A stretch of DNA of 64,000 nt from Gemmatimonas sp. (GTDB taxonomy: Bacteria > Gemmatimonadota > Gemmatimonadetes > Gemmatimonadales > Gemmatimonadaceae): the NCBI GenBank assembly GCA_965279375.1, contig OZ257156.1:1376001-1440000 (forward strand), written 5' to 3'. Of this stretch, positions 55,902 through 64,000 are shown in pieces. Below the pieces are notes generated by a model. The model did no database searches. It was not told the origin of the DNA and was given only the letters and a program-made list of their open reading frames with translations. The first letter of the stretch is position 1. Each line of letters opens with the position of its first letter. A program made the position numbers and the translations under genes.

Positions 55902-58600
55902 CGCGGCCCGCTGACGTACAGCTCGTTGAAGAGCAACTTGAACGTGCCATGTGGCTGCGCGCGCTGTGTGATCTGCGGGCCATAGAGCACAACGCGACCC
56001 TTACCAACCGTTGCTTCGACCGCGGCGACGCCATCCTTGAGCAGCTCCTGCCCCCATGCCCAGCCGCTGCGCAGCGAGGCTGCGCTGACAAACCACGCGA
56101 TCGGGCGCACACCTTTGCTCGCCGCATCGGCACTCAGGCGAAACACCGGACTCGCGTCGAAGAACACATCCGTGGCACCGCGCATGCCGAATGCGCTGCT
56201 GCGTGTGGTGTCCACGCGCACCTCCAGTACGCTGCCCGGCACATAGAACTGCGTGCGCGGATACGCGGTGCCGTCCTTGGCGAGATGGTTGCCGATGGGC
56301 AGTTGCAGATACGCCGCGAGATTCACCGCTGAGTTACCCACGGCCACCACGGTTCCACCCGCTTCGATGAACGCCTTGAGCGACGGCAGGCTCTTCTCCG
56401 CGCTCATGCGACCGAATTGCCCCTTGTACTCGGCGGGGAGATTCGCCGGTTCGTCTAGCACACCGCCGCCCGTGTTGCTGCGAGCACCGCCCTGCGTGCC
56501 AGGAATGGCGCCCTCCACAAACACCAGCACGTCGAAGCGCGCGCGCAGGTTGCCTGCATCGATCTCCGGCGCGAACACGCGTGAGAATGGAAACGCGAAC
56601 TGTTCGAGAATGAAGCGTGTCCATCCCGATGGCATCGATCCGCCGTACGTGTCCCACAAGCCCACGCGCGCCACGCGCAGCGGTGCGCTCGAGGTGGACG
56701 ACTTCGAACTGCCGATGGCGCTCACGCCAAGCTCCGTCGCCGATGCGCGCAGCGTGGTGAGCGCCGCGCCGCCATTCGCAATCCAGAAGGCGCCGGCCGG
56801 AAGCGTCGTTGATCCCACCGTGACTGCCTGTGGTGCGCGCGAGACCTTGGCACCGGCCGCCAACGCGCGGTTGACGACGGTGAACGCATCGTTGACGCGC
56901 GGATCCAGCCAGTAGCCCTTGGCGCCCGATGCGTTGGCGATGACTCCGGCCGGTGGCGCGACGTTCCAGTCGATCACGTTCTCGAAGGGGCCACTGAACG
57001 CATCGAGCACGCGATCGAAGCGAATGCCCATCTGAAAGGCCCACGTCCAACCGGCGTTGTCGTAGGGCGGCGTTGGTGCCGAACCGGGATACGGAAAGAC
57101 ATCGGGGTGCACCTGCGGTTCGAACATGTCGATCACGTGCGGGCGAAAGGCCTGCGCCGCTGGCACGATGAACGACCCGGCCGGATACGACTTGCCGTTC
57201 ACACTGAACGCGCGTGTGGCCCGCTGCACGGTGATGCCCGTCTCGCGCAATCCATTGATGAACTTGATCGCAGTGAGAAAATCCGCCTGATCGCTGGGAA
57301 TGATGAAGCCGCGCGGATCGCGGTAGTCAGGCGCATGCTGTGAAGCCCAGATCAGCGAATCCGCCCCCTTCACACGCTTCGCGACCTCGGCGTCGCGGCG
57401 TGGGTTTGGCGTCCACGTGTCGCGACTACCGCGCTCGATGGAGTTCTTCCCCATGCGATAGATGTTGTACTGCAGGTCCTCGCGCAGGCGTGACGCGTGA
57501 TCGAGTACCGCACGATTGAGCGAGACGGAGTACTCGATGGACTGCCGCAGATGCCATTCCTGCGGCGCGATCGGCATGGCGAGGTCGCCGCGCGGAATCT
57601 GTCGATCGGCGATCAACGGAATGCGCATCGGAGTGGGGCTGCCGATCATTTCGGTGAGCACTGCGATGGTGTTGTGAAACGTGGCGGTGTTGCGAATGCC
57701 GCCGTTCCACCAGCCGTCGTAGGGGCCGCCGGCGCGCATGGTGGCACCGGGCTTGTTCTCGATGGCGAGACGCGTGTGCATCGCCGTGCCGAGTGCCTGG
57801 ATGCCGAGCAGCATCGCAGGGTCGAGGTTGTAGTTGTACGGATCGCGGAACGGCGGCGAGTAGACGACCGTGCCTGCCGGTCCACTCTGGTGATGATTGT
57901 AGAGCAGCTGTGGAAACCACTGGTGATACAACGCGCGATTGATGTTCTCCGTCTCCTTTTGCGTGGAGGTGAAGAACTCGCGGTTGTTGTCGTGGCCGAT
58001 ATACTTCTGGTACAGTCGCGGCAAGCCAGTGAGTGTGCGCGCCTTCGGATCCTTCTCACGCATGTACCAGTCGGCCACGAGATCGTTGCCGTCGGGATTG
58101 GCGTGCACGAACAGGATGATCACGTCGTCAAGAAATCGCATCGTCTCGGGATCGGTCTGGCTAACCATCCGATACACCGTCTCTCCCAACTGCTGCGCAC
58201 CGAGTGTTTCCGTCGCGTGCAGACCGCCATCGATCCAGACGATCGCTTTGCCTTCCTTGGCGAGTGCACGCGCGTCGTCGTCGGAGAGTCCCTCTGCCTT
58301 GGCCAGTCGCTCGGCGATGCGACGGTACTTCTCGAGGTTCTTGTGATTTTCCGGTGAGGTGACGATGGCCATGAGCTGGTCTCGCCCTTCGGCGGTCTTG
58401 CCCATGACCTGCACCTTGATGCGCGGAGACTGTTGTTCGAGCGTGCGCCAGTAGTCGCTGATCTGCCGGTAGTTCGCGAGAAAGTAGTCGTCGCCGAAGT
58501 TGGCGCCGAACGCTTCACGCGGTGTCGTGATCCGCGACTGCGCGTGAAGCGTCGCGGTGGCGAGGAGGAGAGCGGAGGCGAGTACGCAGCGACGCAGCAT
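55898..58600 (-). CDS. M14 zinc carboxypeptidase-family secreted protein
   Basis: GLHATE (HxxE), NPDG, HDNNR and NHHQ motifs, C-terminal GATase-like domain. Confidence 0.9.
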   Translation of the reverse strand: MLRRCVLASALLLATATLHAQSRITTPREAFGANFGDDYFLANYRQISDYWRTLEQQSPRIKVQVMGKTAEGRDQLMAIVTSPENHKNLEKYRRIAERLAKAEGLSDDDARALAKEGKAIVWIDGGLHATETLGAQQLGETVYRMVSQTDPETMRFLDDVIILFVHANPDGNDLVADWYMREKDPKARTLTGLPRLYQKYIGHDNNREFFTSTQKETENINRALYHQWFPQLLYNHHQSGPAGTVVYSPPFRDPYNYNLDPAMLLGIQALGTAMHTRLAIENKPGATMRAGGPYDGWWNGGIRNTATFHNTIAVLTEMIGSPTPMRIPLIADRQIPRGDLAMPIAPQEWHLRQSIEYSVSLNRAVLDHASRLREDLQYNIYRMGKNSIERGSRDTWTPNPRRDAEVAKRVKGADSLIWASQHAPDYRDPRGFIIPSDQADFLTAIKFINGLRETGITVQRATRAFSVNGKSYPAGSFIVPAAQAFRPHVIDMFEPQVHPDVFPYPGSAPTPPYDNAGWTWAFQMGIRFDRVLDAFSGPFENVIDWNVAPPAGVIANASGAKGYWLDPRVNDAFTVVNRALAAGAKVSRAPQAVTVGSTTLPAGAFWIANGGAALTTLRASATELGVSAIGSSKSSTSSAPLRVARVGLWDTYGGSMPSGWTRFILEQFAFPFSRVFAPEIDAGNLRARFDVLVFVEGAIPGTQGGARSNTGGGVLDEPANLPAEYKGQFGRMSAEKSLPSLKAFIEAGGTVVAVGNSAVNLAAYLQLPIGNHLAKDGTAYPRTQFYVPGSVLEVRVDTTRSSAFGMRGATDVFFDASPVFRLSADAASKGVRPIAWFVSAASLRSGWAWGQELLKDGVAAVEATVGKGRVVLYGPQITQRAQPHGTFKLLFNELYVSGPR

Positions 58601-58824
58601 CGATCGACAGGGCTGAGGGCGGACGGTGACAGCCAGACCAGCCCCATTCTACCGTCCACCGAACCATGCCGCTCGCTTTGGTGCGCGCGGGCCGAATCGG
58701 CGTCCGGCGCGCTTGCTGTCCGGCACGCCTCTGTTCGCACATCTTTCTGCCGGCGCGCCGAAGCCAATCGCAACGCACTCGCCGCGCGCGCCATGCCGCT
58801 CATCTCAGACCACCGGAGTGCGCC

Positions 58825-59343
58825 GTGGATATTCGCCTCGTGGTTGTCGATGCACTGGCGCAGCCGGTCCGGCTCGAGCAGCTGCGCGGCCTCATGCGCG
58901 AGTACGCGGCCATGCCGCATACGGTCGGACGCTGGGACAGTGCGGCGGCAGACATCGCCGCGATGCCGGAGCCCTTTGTCGTGCCCACCGGGCTGCTGCT
59001 GATGGCGCTGCGTGACGAGGAGGCGCTCGCTTGCGGTGCCCTGCTCGCGATGGATGCCGAGGTCGTCGAGATCAAGCGCTTGTATGTTCGTCCGGCTGCG
59101 CGTGGCGCCGGGTTGGGGGCGCGCATGACGACGGCGCTCATGCAGCACGCCAAGCGACTCGGCTACGCGACCGTTCGTCTCGATACCGCGCCTGAGCTTT
59201 TGGCGGCGCGTGCACTGTACGAGCGACTTGGCTTCCATTCCATTTCGCCGTACAAGAGCGGCCTCCTGCTCGAGGCGCTGTTCTTCGAGCGGCACCTCGA
59301 CGATGTGCCACTCGTCGCGTCGGAGCGCGACTGGGCGGACTGA
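58825..59343 (+). CDS. GNAT N-acetyltransferase
   Basis: EIKRLYVRPAARGAGLG, RLDT and ALYERLGF motifs. GTG start after GGAG. Confidence 0.88.
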   Translation: MDIRLVVVDALAQPVRLEQLRGLMREYAAMPHTVGRWDSAAADIAAMPEPFVVPTGLLLMALRDEEALACGALLAMDAEVVEIKRLYVRPAARGAGLGARMTTALMQHAKRLGYATVRLDTAPELLAARALYERLGFHSISPYKSGLLLEALFFERHLDDVPLVASERDWAD

Positions 59344-59533
59344 TAGCGGGCGGACCGCCTGCAGATGGTGCTTGGCGCAGCCGCGTCGATTGGTGGTATC
59401 GTATGGGTCGAGCCTGAGGTCGGTATCGGACCTCAGGTCGCGATGTGGCTGCCGATCGACGGGAGTCTTCAGCGGAAATCTTCAGCAGGAATTGCTCATG
59501 GGATCTGCGACGGACGGGAAGGAGCACGCCGCG

Positions 59534-60127
59534 ATGGCTTCTGCTGCGTTGCTGGTGATCGACGTGCAGCGCGCGCTCTTTGAACCGACGCCGCGGCCCT
59601 GGGAGGCAGACGAGGTGCTCTCGCGCATCAATGCGTTGGCGGCGCGCGCGCGCGCTGCGGATGCACCGGTGGTCTTCGTGCAACACGAGCGTGCCGACAC
59701 GTCGCTGGCACATGGCAGCGATGGGTGGCAATTGGCCACCGCGCTCGAGCTGACGGACACCGATCTCATCGTGCGCAAGACGACGCCGGATTCGTTTCAC
59801 GGCACGGACCTGCAGGCGCGACTCGACGCGCTGTCGGTTCGAGAGCTCGTCATCGTGGGCTACGCCTGCGAGTTCTGCGTGGATACGACGACTCGGCGCG
59901 CTGCATCGCTTGGTTATGCCGTGACGCTCGCCGCCGATGCACACACGACACACGAGAAAGCGCACGCGTCTGCCGAGCGGATTCGCGCACACGCGAACGC
60001 CACGCTGCCCGAGCTCACCAGCTTTGCCGCACCGATTCGCGCGATCGCATCGAACGCGGTGCGTTTCATGGCTGATGGTGCCGCAGCGTCCACGTCATCC
60101 GCGTCATTCGCGGCGCAGGAGGTCTAG
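59534..60127 (+). CDS. Isochorismatase-like cysteine hydrolase
   Basis: ALLVIDVQ, KTTPDSF, EFCVDTT and DAHTT motifs. AAGGAG RBS. Confidence 0.9.
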   Translation: MASAALLVIDVQRALFEPTPRPWEADEVLSRINALAARARAADAPVVFVQHERADTSLAHGSDGWQLATALELTDTDLIVRKTTPDSFHGTDLQARLDALSVRELVIVGYACEFCVDTTTRRAASLGYAVTLAADAHTTHEKAHASAERIRAHANATLPELTSFAAPIRAIASNAVRFMADGAAASTSSASFAAQEV

Positions 60128-60131
60128 GCGC

Positions 60132-60584
60132 ATGGCCCCGACACCGCGCAAGCGAACAGTGTCCGCGAAGGCTACGCCCGTGATGCTCTCGGGAGGCAAC
60201 CCGCAGATTCCCATGGGCGACGGCGACGCGCCCGTGCAGGCCTACATCGGGGCTCTCTCGGGCTGGAAGCGCGATCTCGTGCAGCAGCTCGACCGGCTCA
60301 TCGAGCGGCACGTTCCGCACGTGCAGAAGGCGGTGAAGTGGAACTCCCCTCTGTATGGAGTCCGCGGGCAGGGTTGGTTCGTTGGCATGCATGTCTTCAC
60401 GCAGTACGTGAAGGTGACTTTCTTTCGCGCGACGCTGATGCAGAACCCGCCAGACGGCGGTACCAGCGAAGACGCGCGATGGATCAATGTCCGCGAGGGT
60501 GCGTTGGATGAGGCGCAGATGACAGCGTGGATCGTGGAAGCGGCCAGCCTTCCGGGCTGGTTGATGGGTGGAAAGTCCAAGTGA
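60132..60584 (+). CDS. DUF1801 domain protein
   Basis: LSGGNPQI..GDGDAPVQAYI and KAVKWNSPLYG motifs. Confidence 0.88.
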   Translation: MAPTPRKRTVSAKATPVMLSGGNPQIPMGDGDAPVQAYIGALSGWKRDLVQQLDRLIERHVPHVQKAVKWNSPLYGVRGQGWFVGMHVFTQYVKVTFFRATLMQNPPDGGTSEDARWINVREGALDEAQMTAWIVEAASLPGWLMGGKSK

Positions 60585-61405
60585 TGAGATATTCGATGAG
60601 ATTCGCGCTGATGGCGGTGGCTGTGAGTGCTGGTGTGCTGGCGGCGCAGGAGCCCGTGCGACCGGAGCGCGCAGCGCAGCCGCGTCGCGGCGACGAGATC
60701 GTCGGCTGGGTGGTGGACGCGGCGGGCAAGCCGATGTCGCAAGCCGAGGTATTGATCGCGGGGACAGAACGCACGACCCGCAGTGACGAGCGCGGCTTTT
60801 GGCGGTTCGCCAATCCACCGTCGGGACCCCACGTGGTGTTGGCGCGCGAGATCGGCTACGTGCCCTATGTGCGCGAACTGATCATCGGTCGCGCGTCGAG
60901 TGACACGCTGACGCTGCTCCTGCGCAGGTATCCGCGCACGTTGTCGGCCGTGGAGATCACGGCGCGCTACAAGTCGGTCTCCGCGAGCGCCATGATGCAG
61001 GGAGAGCGGTTGATTCAGATGCGCGTGGGTGCGGGTCGCTTGTATACGCGCGAATACATCCTCGAGACGCGACCATACTCGATCGCCGAGCTGATTCAGG
61101 GGATCCCGGGGGTCTCCGTGCAGCGCGAGCGGGGGAACGGATCGGAAGGCAACGTCGTCGCGACCATCTCTCGCAATCGAGGTGGGGCGAGTGGTACGCA
61201 GGGTGTGGGGAACGATGGCTTCTCCAACCCGTGTCCCATGCAGTTCTTCCTCAACACGACGCCGATCGAAGGCGATCAGGTCGGGCGACTCGATCCGGCG
61301 AGTTTCCGCAGTGTTGAGGTATATCCGATGAACGTGGTGATTCCCGGTCTTCCGCAGCGCGGCGATCGCTGCGGCGCGATCGTCATCAATACGATGAATC
61401 GTTAG
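60584..61405 (+). CDS. Carboxypeptidase-regulatory-like domain + TonB plug-like domain protein (no barrel)
   Basis: IVG.VVD..GKP...AEV, SDERG.W, L..IPGV and VEVY...CGAIVI.T motifs. Confidence 0.75.
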   Translation: MRYSMRFALMAVAVSAGVLAAQEPVRPERAAQPRRGDEIVGWVVDAAGKPMSQAEVLIAGTERTTRSDERGFWRFANPPSGPHVVLAREIGYVPYVRELIIGRASSDTLTLLLRRYPRTLSAVEITARYKSVSASAMMQGERLIQMRVGAGRLYTREYILETRPYSIAELIQGIPGVSVQRERGNGSEGNVVATISRNRGGASGTQGVGNDGFSNPCPMQFFLNTTPIEGDQVGRLDPASFRSVEVYPMNVVIPGLPQRGDRCGAIVINTMNR

Positions 61406-61515
61406 AGCGCGCATTCCGCGGAGGCGTGCGTCTGGCGCGTCGGTGGCAGGAACGGTACAATGGCACGTCCGGACGGCAGCTCCCCAGTCTCCGCCTGAAT
61501 CCCCGTCTTATGCCA

Positions 61516-64000
61516 ATGCGCCAACGACTCCTGCACCTTGCGGTGCTCGCCGCCGCTGCTGTCGCCCTTCGCCCTGAGGCAGCTCTCGCGCAGTCCGCCG
61601 CTGCCTCGCAAACCCAGGGGCGTGCGCGCATCGTCGGTACCGTGATCGACGTCGCGACCAAACAACCGCTGGCTGGTGTCAACATTTTTCTTGTGGGCAC
61701 CCCCATCACGTCGAGCACCGGGCCCGATGGTCGCTTCATCATCCCGAGCGCACCGGCGGGACTGTACAACATCGATGCCCGGCGGCTTGGCTACGGCCCG
61801 CAGCGCATCAATAACGTCCGCCTGATCGCTGACAGCCTGATCACGGTGAACGTGTCGCTGAGCGTGACGTCCACCCGTCTCGACGAAGTGACCGTCTCGG
61901 GCAGCATGGATGCGCAGTCGGTGGCCAAGTCCACGATCACGGTCGACAAGATCACCACCGAGAATATCCCGGTCATGCCGACGGGCTCGGCCGCCGGCCT
62001 CATCGCCGGCAAGGTGGCTGGCGTGGCGATCACGCGTCCGAGCGGGAAGCCGGGCAGTGGCGTCAACATCGTGCTCCGTACGCCCATTTCGGGCATTACG
62101 GAAGGCGGTGCACCACCGTCACCGCTGTTCGTGGTCGACGGTGTGTTCTTGAATCAGGCGCAATCGGTCACCACGCAGGATATCGAGTCGATGGACATCG
62201 AGTCGATCGAGGTGATCAAGGGCGCAGCGGCGGCATCGCTCTATGGATCGCGGGCAGCCGCTGGCGTCATTGCCATTACCACCAGGCGCGGTAAGGGCCT
62301 CGCACTCGGCAGCACGCAGTTTCAGGCTCGCAGCGAAACGGGCACCGACCAGTTCCAAACCAATCTGAAAAAGAATCAGCACCATGCATTCCGTCAGGAC
62401 GCCAACGGCAACTGGTTGAACGCACAAGATCAAATCGTCCCACGGTCGCAGCGCGCGCTCAAGCCGCTCGGCATCATGGACGCGCCGTTCACGTCCAAGA
62501 CCTACGATCACCCGGCGCTCTTTTTCAATCCGGGCAGCACGAACATTCAGAGCTTAGGGGTTCAGGGCAACGCGGCCTCCACCAACTACAACCTGGCCTA
62601 CACCCGCAACGGGTTCGGCGGCGTGCTGGAGAACAACGAGGGCTACCGACGGCAAACGCTGCGCGTGAACCTCGACTCGCGGTTGAACGAAAAGCTCAAC
62701 GTCGGCGTGTCGGTGAACCACACGCGCGGTCAGGATGACGCGTCAAGCCCGAGCTTCAACAATTTCTATCGCATCGATACCGACGTGAACCTGCGGGAGC
62801 CTGATCCGTTTCCCAAGATCGGCTTCCCTTACGTAATCGTCCCCGATTCGGTCACGCTGTATACGAATCCGCTGTATACGCAGTACATCGCCGACAATGT
62901 CATCCGGCGCGCGCGCACGTTGCTCAACGCAAACGCCAGCTACCGTCCTTTCAGCTGGCTGTCGGTCGCGGGTGACGCCAACTACGATCGCGGCGATTTC
63001 GCTCAGTCGGTCTACACGGCGCGCGGGACGCCGCTCGTGACCACCAGCGGCGGCCTCAGTCCCAGCATTGGCAGCCTGCAGGAGATCAATCAGGTCACCG
63101 ACGGCTATATCATGACCGGCACAGTCTCCGCCACGAAGTCGCTCGGTGACCTCACGGCGCGCCTGTCGCAGCGCGGTGAAACACGGCGTGAGTATTCGCC
63201 AAGCCTAACGACGACCGGCACCGACTTCGGCACCGAAGGGCTCAAGGCCATGTCGCAGGCGCGTGTCCGCACCACGGCCAACAGCATCACCGACTATCGC
63301 GTGCTTGGCGCGATCACCAACCTTGGACTCAGCTTCAAGGAACGCTACATCGGCGATTTCCTCTGGCGTCGTGAAGGCAACTCGCTGTTTGGCGCCGCCA
63401 ACCGCTGGAACACCTTCGGGCGCGCCTCGGCCGCCTGGATTCTGAGTGAAGAGAGCTGGTTCCCGATGCCGGCCTTCAACCAGTTCAAACTGCGCTACAG
63501 CTATGGCGTGACCGGCGTGAGCCCAAGCTTCAGCGATCAGTACGAAGCGATGACCAACGACGGGACCGGCGCCATTCGTCGGAGCAACCTCGGCAACGTC
63601 AACATCACGCCGACGTTCACCAAGGAACAGGAAATTGGTCTCGACCTCGCGTACAAGTCGCGTTTGTCGGCCACGGTCACGTATGTGCGCAACGACAGTA
63701 AGGACGTGTTCGTGAACGTGCCGGCGCCGGCCGTGTCCGGGTATCAGCTGGTGCGTACCAACCCGGCCTATATCGGCGGCAACGTGCTCGAGCTCACCCT
63801 GCAGGGCGCGCTGCTCACCAACGCCAAGGGTTTGCGCTGGGACGTGCTGGTGACGGGCGACAATCAGAAGCAGTTCACCCGCAGCTTTGGGCGCACCTGC
63901 TTCGACGACGGCCTGCAGTACAAGTGCGACGGCATCCCGCTCAGCGAGATGTGGGGCAACCAGAACATTCGAGACAAGTCGCAGTTGGCCGCCATTCACC
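61516..64000 (+). CDS. SusC/RagA-family TonB-dependent receptor (3' truncated by window)
   Basis: Open frame 1 to the window end, absent from the ORF track because it has no stop. Signal peptide, PLFVVDGV and IESIEVIKGAAAASLYGSRAAAGVIAITT. Alternative ATG at 61510. Confidence 0.92.
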   Translation, partial: MRQRLLHLAVLAAAAVALRPEAALAQSAAASQTQGRARIVGTVIDVATKQPLAGVNIFLVGTPITSSTGPDGRFIIPSAPAGLYNIDARRLGYGPQRINNVRLIADSLITVNVSLSVTSTRLDEVTVSGSMDAQSVAKSTITVDKITTENIPVMPTGSAAGLIAGKVAGVAITRPSGKPGSGVNIVLRTPISGITEGGAPPSPLFVVDGVFLNQAQSVTTQDIESMDIESIEVIKGAAAASLYGSRAAAGVIAITTRRGKGLALGSTQFQARSETGTDQFQTNLKKNQHHAFRQDANGNWLNAQDQIVPRSQRALKPLGIMDAPFTSKTYDHPALFFNPGSTNIQSLGVQGNAASTNYNLAYTRNGFGGVLENNEGYRRQTLRVNLDSRLNEKLNVGVSVNHTRGQDDASSPSFNNFYRIDTDVNLREPDPFPKIGFPYVIVPDSVTLYTNPLYTQYIADNVIRRARTLLNANASYRPFSWLSVAGDANYDRGDFAQSVYTARGTPLVTTSGGLSPSIGSLQEINQVTDGYIMTGTVSATKSLGDLTARLSQRGETRREYSPSLTTTGTDFGTEGLKAMSQARVRTTANSITDYRVLGAITNLGLSFKERYIGDFLWRREGNSLFGAANRWNTFGRASAAWILSEESWFPMPAFNQFKLRYSYGVTGVSPSFSDQYEAMTNDGTGAIRRSNLGNVNITPTFTKEQEIGLDLAYKSRLSATVTYVRNDSKDVFVNVPAPAVSGYQLVRTNPAYIGGNVLELTLQGALLTNAKGLRWDVLVTGDNQKQFTRSFGRTCFDDGLQYKCDGIPLSEMWGNQNIRDKSQLAAIH

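Noticed and set aside
1..64000. Integron integrase, transposase, rRNA or tRNA genes
   Set aside because: No tyrosine-recombinase (R-H-R-Y), DDE or structured RNA signature was recognised in any frame.

Overview
GC-rich bacterial window. The gene repertoire (SusC/RagA receptor, carboxypeptidase-regulatory/plug protein, Hanks kinase, BlaI + M56-TonB, M14 peptidase) suggests Gemmatimonadota; this is inference, not a database result. The main feature is the first ~20 kb, an integron-type gene cassette array. It has 16 attC-like left arms (consensus RYCTAAC-CTTGC-GTTGC) plus one right-arm-only remnant; complete sites are ~110-120 bp. They separate mostly + strand ORFs, and several stop codons lie inside the TAAC box. 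The start of a cassette is often the reverse complement of that same cassette's end over 11-17 bp, which is the expected footprint of G|TT crossover. No integrase or attI is in the window (it would lie upstream of base 1, or the array is a CALIN). The sites decay towards the distal end: mutated GTT, half sites and one 38-bp collapsed site. Fainter attC-like relics occur near 26.5 kb and 43.5-44.8 kb. The rest is ordinary accessory/chromosomal content: a BlaI / M56-TonB / degenerate PIG-L operon, a DUF1080 / Gfo-Idh-MocA / GH20 cluster, ABC-F, GH43, arr, a Ser/Thr kinase, a DAACS transporter, a VOC/ArsR/SRPBCC cluster, a MacAB-like ABC exporter, an M14 peptidase and a SusC-like receptor truncated by the window end. 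No rRNA, tRNA, CRISPR or transposase was recognised. All family calls come from motif recognition by eye.
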